A DNA stretch of 47,248 nt, filler included, from Catajapyx aquilonaris (GCA_000934665.2; 2 parts of 2 records of this genome joined end to end with filler, not necessarily neighbours in it), one strand, 5' to 3'. Positions 26,150 to 38,717 are shown, counted from the whole stretch's first letter. Made by a program: numbers and translations. The notes: generated by a model not told the origin, from the sequence alone.

Positions 26150-26238
<89 letters not shown>
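26150..26238. repeat. (TAA)n microsatellite
   Basis: Pure TAA run, possibly the tail of an upstream retroelement. Confidence 0.95.
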
Positions 26239-26239
<1 letters not shown>

Positions 26240-26429
26240 TAGTGCCCCACGATGATAACGTCAGAGACACCACGAATAACACAATGGTTTGTATTCCAGG
26301 ACGACAGGCTACAAACGTCCGTCCCAAAGGACGTCAGGAATAGAACTAACTCAAACATTCAATAACCCCTGACAACATCAATAATGCAGTGACCAGGCAA
26401 CCATCAACAGCCAGTTGCCTGGACACTAC

Positions 26430-26495
<66 letters not shown>

Positions 26496-26791
26496 CATAA
26501 TAATCATAATAATCATAATAATCATAACAACAACAACGGATACCCCGTGATAGGCCCCTTGGGCCTCTTAGGGGATCATCTTTTGAATACCAGACTTTAA
26601 TCATTTGCCTGTAATGTGATGGATTTTGAAAGTGGGAGGAAACGGGAGAACCCCGAGAAAACCCACGCGAACACGGAGAGAACCCATCGAAACTCTATCC
26701 ACATAAGTATCCTCCGTCCGACCCGGGGATCGAACTCGGGACCTTAGAGGTGGAAGGCTCCGGCGCTAACCGCTCGGCCACCGTGTCGCCC
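26430..26791 (-). mobile_element. tRNA-derived SINE with V-domain-like core and (ATT)n tail
   Basis: Minus-strand head GGGCGACACGGTGGCCGAGCGGTTAGCG (A box) ... GAGTTCGATCCC (B box); core GTGTTCGCGTGGGTTTTCTCGGGGTTCTCCCGTTTCCTCCCAC; simple-repeat tail at 26430-26535. Confidence 0.85.
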
Positions 26792-27379
26792 TTAAATTGA
26801 AGGAGTACCAAAGAGTTAGGTACCTAAGGAGATCCTGGGAGTATGCTACTGTAGGTGTATAGCGGAGTAAGAAGAATATTATTTTGTTGTTCTCCTTTCC
26901 GATATAACGTCACATTTCAACAGAGTCAATGACTGTAAACGTGTTCTGTTTTTAGTCTGCGGTATATTCGTAGGCTACACTATGCAGGAATGTCAAGTGA
27001 GCTATGTATAGGCCTACCCCACATAATCGTCTGATGTAAAAGCATTGTCTATAAATCAAGACTTCAAACCTCCACCACCAGATACTTGGGGATGGAAAAA
27101 TCTGGACGGCTATATTTGTGGCTGTGGTAAACCACGGTCAACCATTGCAGATGTAGCGGGAATCTCAGAAGAACTTGATCGCAGGTGGACCCTGCAAGAA
27201 GCGGTGCTCTTTATGTAAATTCGAGAGCGTGATTAGAATATACTTTTTTCTCGTTCTTTCAAGTAGGTTAATGACTGTAGCAATGTTGTTGATGCCAACC
27301 TGCATGTTGCGTATTTTTTCAGTGGATAGCTCATTATACCGCCTGCGTCTCCTTCCCCCACCACCCACACCCCCTAACC

Positions 27380-27840
27380 GTCCATTCTCCCCAGACCGTC
27401 CCATTCTCCCCAGACCGTCCCAGTCCCCCAGACCTACCAGTCCCCCACCCCCTCCTACCCCCAGACCGGCCCTTTCCCATATGAAAAATAAATCCTAGCA
27501 AACCCTTCTTTTAGACATTTTCTCATCCATCGGAAAAAGTATTATAGCACGGCTCTGTCCGTCCGTCCGTCCATCTGTGGACAGGTACCAGGTACCAGTA
27601 TCAGGGGGAGGAGGAGGAGGAGGGGGAAACGGGTGACCTGGGGGAGGGGGCTGCGGGGGAACTGGGAGGTCAGGGGGGAAAGAGACGATCAGGGGAGAAT
27701 GGCGGCGGTCAGGCGGATAGAGTGAACCCGGAACCCGAAAATCGGAAAAAGTCATTAGTTATAGCACGGCACTGTCTGTCTGATACCTTTCCACAGACAG
27801 ACAGACAGACAGAGCTGCTCTATAAGACTTTTTTCTCGAA
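27380..27840. mobile_element. DINE-1/Helentron-like non-autonomous element
   Basis: Duplicated ggaaaaagt..tatagcacggc.ctgtc block followed by (GTCC)n/(GTCT)n, an inverted (CAGA)n..ctataagactttt block, and ccccagacc repeats. Confidence 0.5.
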
Positions 27841-29370
27841 AAAGTAAAACTGTTTAAAACGCTTACAGGTCCCGGACCAGGTTGGCAACACCGCATAACT
27901 CGTTGTGACCTAAGGGGCCGATCAGGTGCCGCCAACTCTCAAAATGGCTCTTATAGGCCTAGGGAACATGTGTGCCAAATGTGTTACAGTTAGAGAGATT
28001 CATTATGACGACATTCATAATCAGACCACGAACACGGGCTGTAATATGCGACACACACCTCTAGGTATTTAGAACACCGCATCATGTGCCACTGGACCGA
28101 AGAAATCGGGAATCCAGCAGTGTACCTAGATTCCTTGCGCTTCCTTTCGTTCGGTATTCCATGGAACGTAAAACCGCGCTATATTCGGGGTATGTTGCAG
28201 GTGGGGGGTGTACTACTGCCGCTCATTGTTCGGCTCCTGCTTGAGCTACTAGCGTAGAACCACCTGGAATCGGTTCAGTGTCGCCGGAACTCTGTTTCCC
28301 GCACTCTATTTTGCGAATCATAATTGCGAGTTTCGTGCATCATAAATTTGATTTTCGCTCAACATAGTGTGGTTTTACGTTCCACGGCGGCGTGGAAATC
28401 AAAACCGCGCTGTTTTTTTTTNGGGGGGGGGGGTGTCCAACTGTCGCTTGCCATTCAGTCGTAGTTCAACTCGTTTCGGCAAATCATTCAGTGGATACCA
28501 ATACCACGCATGTGCGATCCGTATTTCCGTTATTATGGGCTTCGTTCAATAAGGTCGAGATTCGCAAATCTTGAAAATGCAACATAGCGCGGTTTTGATT
28601 TCCCACGCGGTTCAATTAATTAATTATCATACAATTCTTGTAATTTGGAAGGACTTCTATATAGTGATGTAATTACTCATTTGTGGAAATGAAAAAAATG
28701 GAAACTTGCGCGAATACCCAAAACTGTAATATTGCTGAAAAATTAGCAACAAAATAGCATCCACAGGGATGATGGCAAACCCCCGCAATGCGCCGTATTT
28801 CCTCGACACCAAGGTGGAGAAAAGCAAACGAATAAATGCTAATAAAGGGGTTTTAATGGTCATTAATAATATTATGTTCTCATGCAGGCAGACAACAATC
28901 ATACTTTCTTCATTTAATTTTGGGAATGTTTAGCCCCAGTTTACACGCTAAAAAGTAAAAATTGCATATCATCCTCCTTGAGGGGAAGCGGGACTCTACA
29001 TGCAATTTATAAATAGAGAATTTTTGGGGGGGTTACTAGACCACAAAAAGTAAATCCTCACCAAATTAAATATAGGAACGTCGGATTATAGTCAATATCA
29101 AGGAGGAACACGTAACAAACTGATTTTCTGTGCGGAAAATATAGATGCGCTTATTTTATACGCATACTCACACTATCAAAACAAGCGCAACATAACATTC
29201 AACAATAATGTTGAGTTATACTCACTATACCTACGCCATCCTAGCGAATGATAACATCGAGGAACACTACGTGCAAATTGCGAATGTTTGTAAGGGTTGT
29301 GTCCTGGTTAGGACTCGAAGTTACGAAATCTGTAAAATGAGCAGAAGCAGTTGCTAAACTAATGCCTAAC

Positions 29371-29488
29371 ATTGCACCAACTGAATTACCGATCCGATAG
29401 CTCCTAACAGATCGTTAGGTTAGCCCTTGTTTAACGTGTACTAACGATCTGTTAGGAGCTGTCGGATCGGTAATTCAGTTGGTGCAAT
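29371..29488. mobile_element. Short hairpin MITE
   Basis: 48-bp arms (47/48 complementary) with a 22-nt spacer. Confidence 0.85.
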
Positions 29489-30156
29489 CAGGCACAAGTT
29501 GTTTCGGCTTAGTACAGTAGAATTATGTAGACCGCGACAAAAATCTCGCAGCAAAGCATCACTTTTCAAGGGTGTAAATCCGGAGAGGAATATTCTTATT
29601 GCATCGTGCAGCATGTATTTGTCACCCATCTTTCGGACAAGTTCTTAAACTTTAAAATGGTCTTAGCAGCACCTATAAGGTCTAGATTATTACAACAAGC
29701 CCGGCCGGACAAAACTGGTTCCATTTTGGGAGCCTATTAATTAAGTGTCTGGGAATCTCCATGGCCTTGCCCTGTCACGCATTTTTTCAGAAACGTATAT
29801 GAAGAAATGCAGTGAGCCAGTGACGTTAATGCGTTAATGTGCAGGCATCGCACGATAAATCACCCTTTTTCCACCGTTTTATTTCAGTTAAGTGTGGCAT
29901 AAAAACACGCCGTGCCAGCAAGGTGATTGGGGGCACACGGAGGTCATGAAGGAACGAAATTCCCGTAGTGCGTCAGACGCACAATGCATTTTATGGCAGT
30001 GTTATTCACTAAATTATATTATTAACAAATAGGTTGGGTGATCTGGCTGGTGTAAATGTATTATTTCGAGCTGATCCTAATTTGCACAGAATGTGAATTT
30101 TTACAGACTCAGCATGCTGTCCTATGAAATCAATTTCACCAATATTATTGCGTTAA

Positions 30157-31667
30157 AGGGACACTCCACTCAAAATACAAGTTGGGTTCTAAAAATCGGG
30201 CAAAAAATCCTGATTCCGAGGGTATAAGCAGTTTTTCTTAAGAGACGAACGGTAAGGCCAGTGTGAAAGCTGGAAGTGTGTCGTTCGAAAACCGCGCGCG
30301 GGGCGGTGGGCAACGCCACCAGAGTGGAACCGGGCGGAACTAGAGAAAGTGATGGCGCGGCCAGGGTCCCCTACATGGTTGCCTCCCCCACCCTAACTGT
30401 CTAACTCTCTAGGTGGGGGAGGCACTCATGTAGGTGACCCTGGGCGCGGCAGCGCCTCTACTTCTCCGGTTTTCCGCGGGATGGTGCTGTATCGCCCTTC
30501 TTAGCAGACGACGTGTGTAGATATATTATTTTCCGTGTTACCGTTGGCATATTGGCAAACCCCAAGTGGTCCCCGCAACCGGCCCTAATCCAGCCCTCCC
30601 ATTGGCTGCATCGGGTCCGTGACGTCACGGACTCTCGTGACGTCATGTACTCGCGTGCAGCCAGTGAAAGGCCGGAACGGCGGAATGAGGAACAATTGAA
30701 TACCGTAAATGATATAAATTGTCATGTAATTATTTTTATTAATAAAAAAAATACGTTCTGCTACCTGCAAACCTTTATTACCTCCAAAATTAATTGCCCA
30801 TTGGAATGGCGAGTTCCTATTGGCTCGCACACGGGTAGACGGGGGGGAAAAATATCAAAAAAAAAAAAAAAAACTGGCGCCGATTTGACGGGGAAGAGGG
30901 AAGAATCAGCCTAATGCTGCTTCACATTGAAATGAAAGAATTTCTCAGTTTGTTTTTGGTATTCTCTATGTGATGCATGCATTTATATTTGATGGAATAA
31001 TTACCTTAAAGGTCGGTACTAAAGGGAATAAGAAAGGGTTGTATACTTTAAGGGTCTTAGGCATTACTATTATCTGGGTTGTGAACTAGTTGTTTATTCC
31101 ACCTGTCATACCAGCATTTTGTGGAAAAAATGATTGGGGCCAGCAGGTGTTTAATATCATAAGGCACTAATAAATGTGACAGGTAATAGTAAATATCTTA
31201 CACTAATGTTTGTTCATCAATAAAAACTTTCATTTGTCTAATATCGTGTTTCCCCCTGCCCCAAGCTTTGTTGCAGCTGTTACAACTCTCGTTACAGCTA
31301 TCAATTGTTGATCAATGCATACTATGCCTGTTTTAAATGATGCCTTTTTATTAGTTTTATCACCTCTTAACTGCGCTTCTCACTCGACCTTGACATTGCA
31401 CACTGCAAAAGTATCTTTTAAAAAAGGTACGAGCAATGCTCACCTGTTCGACATGCAAAGGGATGACGTCACGCAACCATGACGTCACATTGAGCTCCCC
31501 CCTACGTCGTGAATGAGCGTGACGTCACGGACCCGATGCAGCCAATGGGAGGGCTGGATTAGGGCCGGTTGCGGGGACCACTTGGGGTTTGCCAATATGC
31601 TTACCGTTGGGCGTAGGAAAAAACCGATTGCACATTCGGAATCAGCATTTTTGAGTGGAGTGTCCCT
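30157..31667. mobile_element. Kolobok-like non-autonomous DNA transposon, copy A
   Basis: TTAA-AGGGACACTCCACTCAAAA...TTTTGAGTGGAGTGTCCCT-TTAA (TTAA target, AG..CT termini). Confidence 0.85.
30547..31600. mobile_element. Mutator-like (MULE) non-autonomous element nested in Kolobok copy A
   Basis: Perfect 83-bp TIRs (30547-30629 / 31518-31600) and 9-bp TSD TTACCGTTG. The empty site is visible in copy B near 32283. Confidence 0.9.
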
Positions 31668-31671
31668 TTAA

Positions 31672-32379
31672 AGGGACACTCCACTCAAAATACAAGTTGG
31701 CCCCCAAAAATCGGGCACAAAAATACGATTCCAACGATACCAATAATAATTTTTTCCGATGAACGATGACCTCAGCGGAACCGGTTAATTACGCGCATTT
31801 TGGCAATACGGTTGCAATCGTATGCTACTGTTCACGACACCCTCGCCGCCTGGCGTCAGGAATGGGAAATGGAGGATGCATAGCTCTGCCCGCGAATTCA
31901 AACCTGAACGTATTCGAACCGATGCAACTGTTCACGACACCTGCGCCACCTATCGGCAGAAATTGAAACCCCACTTCGTCGTCGTCATACGGCTCGCACT
32001 GGTAGGGCCGCAGGGGAGGTGCGAGGGCGCCGGGATGGACTCTACCTGTGCCGGCCTCCGAAACATCGGGTGCACTTACACACCCGACCTTTCTGTGGTC
32101 CGCCATCCTTCTCATCAGGTTCGGCTCGAAAGCGCTCGAAGCTGGCGCGCTTGTGTTGCCTATAGCGCGCCTCGCGCGGCAGTTGTTTGTTGAGCACATC
32201 CTCTACGTCTCCGGCTTGCCGCGGGATGCTGTTGTATCGCCCTTCTTAGCAGACGACGTGTGGAGATATATGATTTTCCGTGTTACCGTTGGGTGTAGAA
32301 AAAAACCGATTGCACATTCGGATCAGGTTTTTTTGCCCGATTTTTGGGGGCCAACTTGTATTTTGAGTGGAGTGTCCCT
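31672..32379. mobile_element. Kolobok-like non-autonomous DNA transposon, copy B
   Basis: Same TIRs, extended to about 40 bp; shares the TTAA at 31668-31671 with copy A and ends with TTAA at 32380-32383. Confidence 0.85.
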
Positions 32380-32613
32380 TTAAGAAATTCGCACACAATC
32401 ATATCGGGAGAGAACCTGAAAAACTGTCAAAAGTGAGTAAGTTCACTATGGTTTATGACGATCCCAGTAATAGTAATAATGTGTCCCTATAATTGTTGCA
32501 ATGGCAGAATACCCGCCTCCTTACTAACAAATCCCATGTTAGTAGACCTACTTGTTGTTGCAAGATCATGTCATACGAGAGGAATTGTTATTGACAAGTT
32601 TTGCCCCAACACC

Positions 32614-32710
32614 GACAATTTATTCCGAAGACCAGAAGAGGCCAACCCTGCTGGTACTTGACCAACGGCAACCGGATTGAGGGACTAACTATAAGGCCTT
32701 CAACGACGCC
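32614..32710 (+). pseudogene. Decayed third FPPS-like copy (exon-3 remnant)
   Basis: aagaccagaagaggccaaccctgctggtacttgaccaacgg...aaggccttcaacgacgcc encodes [14 protein letters not shown] then, after an insertion and frameshift, KAFNDA, matching exon 3 of the two full-length copies. The DDxxD upstream is destroyed. Confidence 0.8.
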
Positions 32711-33557
32711 ACAATCATCCTTCGTACAGCATTACCAACATACTCTCGAATGAGGTAAGACAATTTTTTCCGAAGCAAGGGAGCCGACGAAATCCCCTGT
32801 TCTTATATGCCGGTTGAGCAACTCTTATTATTTGTGAAAATTATTGTGTCAGCAATTTTCATACGTTATCGATTAGCACAACTTGCTGGCGTGCAATTCT
32901 ACCAGCAATAAATCGCATGATTGCCATGGATGTATCGTATATTGGAATTCATTGCCTCATTGTAACCTTGATATTTCTCCCCCCCCCCCCAAAAAAAAAA
33001 AACATACGGCACAAAAACCAGTTATAATCAAGGTGAGGTGCACTTGAGGTCAGATGTGACCAAAACACGTTGCACTTTGCAGGTTATATGCAACGATTTA
33101 AATTGACAGGGAGATAGTACTTCTTTGAGATTTACTTCATGCCGATTATTATTGCGATATACTGACTGTGCTGAAGCTGACATACAGTATAGGCTTAGAG
33201 CTACAAGGTGTTTCCTTCTTTGGAACAGGTAACTAGAAAATAATACTGGCCAATTATGTCTCTCAAGTATAGCCAAAGTCTAGAAGGTCCAGAAATGTGT
33301 TGCCTCTATTAAAATTCCAGCCATAGCATTTTTACAGGATATTGAACAAAAGAGCATTAATAAGAGTGAATGCTTCCATTCAGACTACCCAAGTCACCAA
33401 ATAATATTGATGTGATTATCTTTGACTGTTACAAAATCGCCACTCAATTATAAGCAGATTAGTGCAGGAATTTTTAAGGGCAAGAGAAGCTTTAATAATT
33501 ATTATTGGAACTCTGATTGCCGATAATGATCATTTTGATATTCAAATATGCTTATAA

Positions 33558-33995
33558 CTAGCGCACCCGTAGCCAAAATTAGGCAAAATCTTCAATGATG
33601 AAGACAATGGGAATGAAAAAAAATGGAATGAGAGGGCTCGTGGAGTGACAACTAAGAATAAATAGCGTTGGCCTATAGCTAGTCGTAAGACGGGGTTGAA
33701 ATATTTAGTGCCATTGAATCAGTGGACATACTGTACACTTCCTGAATCGGACATGAGAAAACCTCGCGATATACAACATGCTGTGTAAACACTCTGTTGT
33801 TGGCGAGCAATGTTCCGTGTTGAGCAGTAGGAGTAGTGAACGCTTTGACCCGACTTGGGTTGCGAGACCGGGACAGTGCCACATACAGCTGGCCATGATT
33901 GGGAGAAGACAGGTTCATCCAGGTAAATGGTCACGTGCTGAGAAGTCTGGCCCTGCGACCCTGCCATCGTCATGGCATTGGCTGGGATGACAGTC
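33558..33995 (-). mobile_element. Helitron 3' remnant (PIF1-like helicase C-terminus, frameshifted)
   Basis: AMT...SQGQT..V.IYLDEPVFS / HGQLYVALSRS...VFTQHVVYREVF across two frames; candidate 3' terminus gctacgggtgcgCTAG-T at 33558. Confidence 0.85.
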
Positions 33996-34071
33996 ATTAT
34001 GTCAATCTTTTCAATGAGACTCTTGTCAATGAGACTTTTGGATCAGGATCTAGCAGGTTATGATTAAGGCC

Positions 34072-34153
<82 letters not shown>
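34072..34153. repeat. (AAT)n microsatellite
   Basis: Pure AAT run. Confidence 0.95.
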
Positions 34154-34162
34154 GCTGATAAT

Positions 34163-34605
34163 TTATTTATTTGCTACCCAGTGCTGGAGCAATTGCATTG
34201 GCTCCCTTAGGGGGGTGGAATACCGCTATTTTTTCTTACGAATTTTTCTTTGGCATTTTTCTTTCAGGTGCAGGGATCAGGATATTGGGATTTGTGAGGA
34301 AGGGATACTGTTGTCTTTATGTTGGGATCGTGTGCAGTCCTCCAGGGGGTCAGGTTGCAAGACAACACCCTAGGTGCGGGTCGGATAATCCCCCCACCGA
34401 CACCGCACCTCCCCATGGATGGGTCAAGGATAGGAAAGGAAGGGGGCGGCTGTGGCCTATTATTTAGGAAACGACCCCGGAATTTTCCTGGGAGGACCGT
34501 GGGAAACCACAGAAACCCACGGTCAGGATCACCGGCCCCGGGACTCGAACCCAGGACCTCCCGATTAGCAGTCGGACGCTTATCCACTCCACCAACCTGC
34601 TTCGG
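34163..34605 (-). mobile_element. Full-length tRNA-derived SINE with target-site duplication
   Basis: Minus-strand head TGGTGGAGTGGATAAG (A box) and GGGTTCGAGTCCC (B box), (AAAT)n tail, about 17-bp TSD taataatagctgataat at 34146-34162 and 34606-34622. Confidence 0.88.
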
Positions 34606-35340
34606 TAATAATAGCTGATAATAGCTGATATGAGCATATTTGAGTGACGCGGCAACATGAGGGATGGAGTCGCCCTTTGTCTAGGTCATGCTGTATGGCT
34701 TTATGGTACCACAACAATACTGTCATCTGTTGTGGCCCCGGCAGCCACGGTTCGTCGCCCTATATTTTAGTGAATGCGGAGCTGGGCGCTTATTGTGAGT
34801 TTCGTATCCGCAACATTTACTGGCCGCAGGCCCAAATAACGTTATTGTGGCTTTGCCAACCTCCAATCCCCTGCTGATCCCACCGGTGATATCTTGGTTG
34901 CTGCCCCGGGAGGTTCATGCGACGCCGGCAAATAAGTCGCAAGGGTTTACTCTAAGATATGCGCTAAAAATATCTACGTTGGTAGATCCGGATCCAAAAT
35001 GGCGGCAAAGTTAGAACGTGGGGCTGAAAGTAGCAGCTTATATGACAGCTTTCTGAATATTCTCAGGCTCAGATTGAATCAGTTGGCAGACCAGTTTTTG
35101 GCCTTAAAGGAAATTGGTGGTCAGGACTTGTGGCGGGAAGGGCTTTCGGCGGCCGGATTTTTTTTTTTGTCGACAGCCGTGAAGTTTACGGCCTTCCGCC
35201 TGGCGGCGCTGGCGGCCGGCGGGACGGCAGATGGCTCCTCTCTTGGGCCACTTGGGTATGGTGGGTTGGCCTGGTGTACGTTTGCCGATGTTAGGCACGT
35301 GAGTACCGGCCAATAAGAGACGGAGGGTTGGCCTGGTGTA

Positions 35341-36258
35341 CACTCTTAGTCCGGTCACCTTTATTAAAGGTGACAAAACGGCCTGTTTTGTCACCTATAT
35401 TTTAGAAGGGAATATGTCCCCTTGAAAATAAAAGGCACCATTGAACCCTGTAAAGTTTTAGTCAGGTCACCTTTATTTACATGCAACAAAATGGCCTGTT
35501 TTGGCCCCCTTTAGTTTGGAATGGTAATGGTATATATGCATCCTTGGCTTGCCCGGAATCTTGCTCAATCCATCACAAACCCATCACAGCTGGTCACAAC
35601 AATGGGGCGTGCAGAAGGTGCAACACAGCAAGAAGAACACAACGGGAAGCCTGCAAAAAACATACCAGGCTTGGAAGCATTGTCGAAACGACTGACAGCA
35701 AGACACCAAGCTGACCTGGACACTGCGGTGGCAATCCCAGTCTGGCCAGGCCAAGGCCACTGTGTCACCAAGTTGACCTGGACACTGCGGTGGCAATCCC
35801 CATCAGTCTCGCCAGGCCCAGGCCACTGTGTCACCAAGCTGACCTCAAGTGTTGGCAGTCAACTGGTCACAACACACGCAAAAGGTGCAACAACACAGAC
35901 CAAAGCGAGTCCAACTTCGCGGCGCGGTCCCTCCATCTCGAGGCCAGGTTACAAACGTCAGCAACAGTCAAGTGACCACTGACGTCACGAGTCTGACAAT
36001 TTTGAATTAGAGGTGATATTTCCGGTTTATAAGGAACCACGGAATCTCACATCTCAGCAAGTCACCTATAAACCAGTGTCACCTTATAATCCTCCTGTCA
36101 TTGTCCCCTATACATTGACGTCACCTTTATTGATGCAGAAATTACTTCCTCCTGTCACCTTTATTCAACGCATCCCTTATAATTCCGTAACTGCCGCATT
36201 ACGGATCACCTTTAAAACAACTCTAAAGGGGATATTATAGGTGACCGGACTAAGAGTG
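35341..36258. mobile_element. CACTA/CMC-like non-autonomous element nested in an older foldback element
   Basis: TA-CACTCTTAGTCCGGTCACCT...AGGTGACCGGACTAAGAGTG-TA, many subterminal gtcacct motifs, internal ~65-bp tandem repeat at about 35705-35845. Host inverted arms at about 35158-35243 and 36366-36460. Confidence 0.8.
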
Positions 36259-36973
36259 TACCTATGCCGCTGTTAGGCAAGAGGTACCGGCCGCTTGAGG
36301 TATACGATCTGTTCTGGAAAGGAGAGCTTCCAGCGCTGCCCAGCCGAAGGGAAGTTCACTGAAAGAGAGAGGAACCATCTGTTGTCCCTCTGGCCGCCAG
36401 CGCCGCCAGGAGGAAGGGCGTGAACTCCACGGCTGTAGACAAAAAAAAAAAAAAAAAAAANAAAAAAAAAAAAAAAAAAGGAGGGCGGTAAAATGATTTA
36501 GTGCGGAAGGTGGCGGAAGGTGGCAGCAGTCACAGTCACGACAGTTCCTAAGCGCTTTCCGCCAAGACCGGTAGGTGGCGTAGGTGGCAGCACTGGGGAC
36601 GGGCCATGACGTCAGAGTGACGTCACGGTGACGTCAGAGTGTTCCAGAGACATAAAAATTAGGCGTTTATTATGGGGAATTATTATAATAATATAAAGCA
36701 AGAGCCCTTGAAATAGATTTCCACATCACTCCGGTCTACTCTCTTAAAACATTGTGTACAAAAAGGATACACAACGTGTGTGTATAATGCAATCCACACA
36801 TTGTGGTGTACGATGAGGACCTGATGAGGACACATTTTGTGTACATAAATGATTCGAGTCAAGCAGATGCACAATTTGTCTCTACAAAATGGGAGGTACA
36901 CAAGGTGTGTAGCACAATATACAGAATTTTATACACATTCCGATCTATGTGCCATACACCATCCTGTGATCAG

Positions 36974-37290
36974 GTCTTGACTAAGGTCTGGGGACGGAAG
37001 TCTGTGGTTTTACTGTAGCTGTGGGGACCAGTTCCAATTGTGGGGACATTTGTCGGTCCCCACAGTCTCACACACGCGAAGTGTACCATTACAGTGGGGA
37101 CATGTGTAAATTAGTGGGGACATGTCCCCACTATTTTCATTTGTAGGGTTTCACAAAAGTCCATTTTTCTCAGCCTAGGTTACTTAGGGTAGGGTAGGTT
37201 AGGTAGGTTAGGTTAGGTTAGGTTAGGTTAGATCAGTTTACACTCGCAGTGAAAAGTGATCAATGTCCGTCCCCACGCCTTAGTCAAGAC
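36974..37290. mobile_element. TIR element with TGGGGAC repeats and an internal (TTAGG)n tract
   Basis: 25-bp TIR gtcttgactaaggtctggggacgga / tccgtccccacgccttagtcaagac (23/25 match); TTAGG repeats at 37199-37231. Confidence 0.75.
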
Positions 37291-38000
37291 AAGAGTGTGT
37301 GTGTATGCATGTGTCACTGGCTGTGCGCGAGGGATTTCCCCGCTGGATGTCGTCAGCGTGCCGGGTGCGGGCGGTGCCGTGTATTAACAAAGCCAGTCCT
37401 GCAGCAGTCAGTGCATGGATCATCAATGCAGCTGAAAGCTTGGCTTAATGTATGATGCTGTGCAGAAGCTCTTAAAAGAGGAAGGCCTAGATGATTATGT
37501 AAGCGTCTTTGCTGGTGAGTGTAAGAGTGATAAATAATATTGCAGCGGTAATAATATAACCCACTTGTTACAGGGTGAAGCCGTACGTATACACCAAGGG
37601 GGTATAGCCACAAGCCACTTGCCGTGAAGGTGTACACCGGTTCCCGAAACCGCCGGTTTCAGGTGGTCATTTGCATAGTTTCTGTGTGCAAGATTCGGAG
37701 GCTGATGAAAAAATTACTGCGGACATTCAGAACATTTCAGATTATCATCCACTGGATGGACATGTTAACATTATGCAATCAGATAAACGATGTTTGCTGA
37801 TCGGATTAAAATATCACGTATTTTAATGTAATAAATTGGTATTTTTCAGTCTGTACCAGTATTATTTTTCAGTTAGTTTGTTCACTGTGCACCAGATATT
37901 CCCCCTTGATGTTGTTCCTGTCTGACGTTTCCTGCAATCAGTATATGTTTCTCACATGGTGCAGTGCAAGGAAAATACCAGTAGGCCTGGATTGTGACAG

Positions 38001-38001
38001 C

Positions 38002-38038
<37 letters not shown>
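38001..38038. repeat. (CAA)n microsatellite
   Basis: Pure CAA run. Confidence 0.9.
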
Positions 38039-38717
38039 TCACGACATTTCCCTATGAGGGGTAGTCAGCGATGTTGCTGTAACATGTCACATTTTCTGCC
38101 CTTCCCTGTGTGCAAGTGTACACAGGGAAAGGGCAGGAAATTTTATGGATTGCACTACTGGCATGTGTATATGCATTGTCCACGACAAAGGTGTACAAAG
38201 TGAAACTGGTAACACAAATATGTGTGTCGCAATTGTGACATTACATGTGTATGTCATTCCATTACGTACACTGCAGTGTGTATGTCAAATATGTACACAA
38301 TGCAGTACACATTTTGCATATGTCAGTACCACAATAAGTGTACTTTTTTGTGTACCCTGCATACACATAGTTTGCATGCAGATATACACAGGTGTGTGTA
38401 TCTCATATATGTACACAAAGCAGTACACATTTTGCATATGTTCTTTTTAGCACAACTGGGTGTACTTTTTTGTGTACCCTATATACACAATGTTTTAAGA
38501 GAGTAGTTGCGTAGGTTGGCCGTATCAAAAAATTGCTTGCTATTAGGGGAATCCCAAAGAATTGAAAGAAAAAATAATATAAATAATCAGTCAGTCGTCA
38601 GGATTACAAATATATAAAGAGGGAAGTGGTGTGGCTCGCCACTTCACCCAATACAGTATTTCCCTTACAGCAACACTGCTGTAGAGAATTGGTCAAACTT
38701 AGTTTCGATCCTGGAGA

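Noticed and set aside
26122..26604. ORFs with poly-I, L, N or Y tracts
   Set aside because: Translations of (TAA)n microsatellites and SINE tails.
26715..26791. tRNA gene
   Set aside because: A and B boxes are present but run into a SINE body and tail; no convincing acceptor stem.
34530..34605. tRNA gene
   Set aside because: Head of a SINE bounded by a target-site duplication.
35521..35982. 153-aa ORF inside the CACTA-like element
   Set aside because: Built largely from an internal tandem repeat; no transposase signature.
37199..37231. True telomere or chromosome fusion site
   Set aside because: Only about six units, enclosed within a TIR element.
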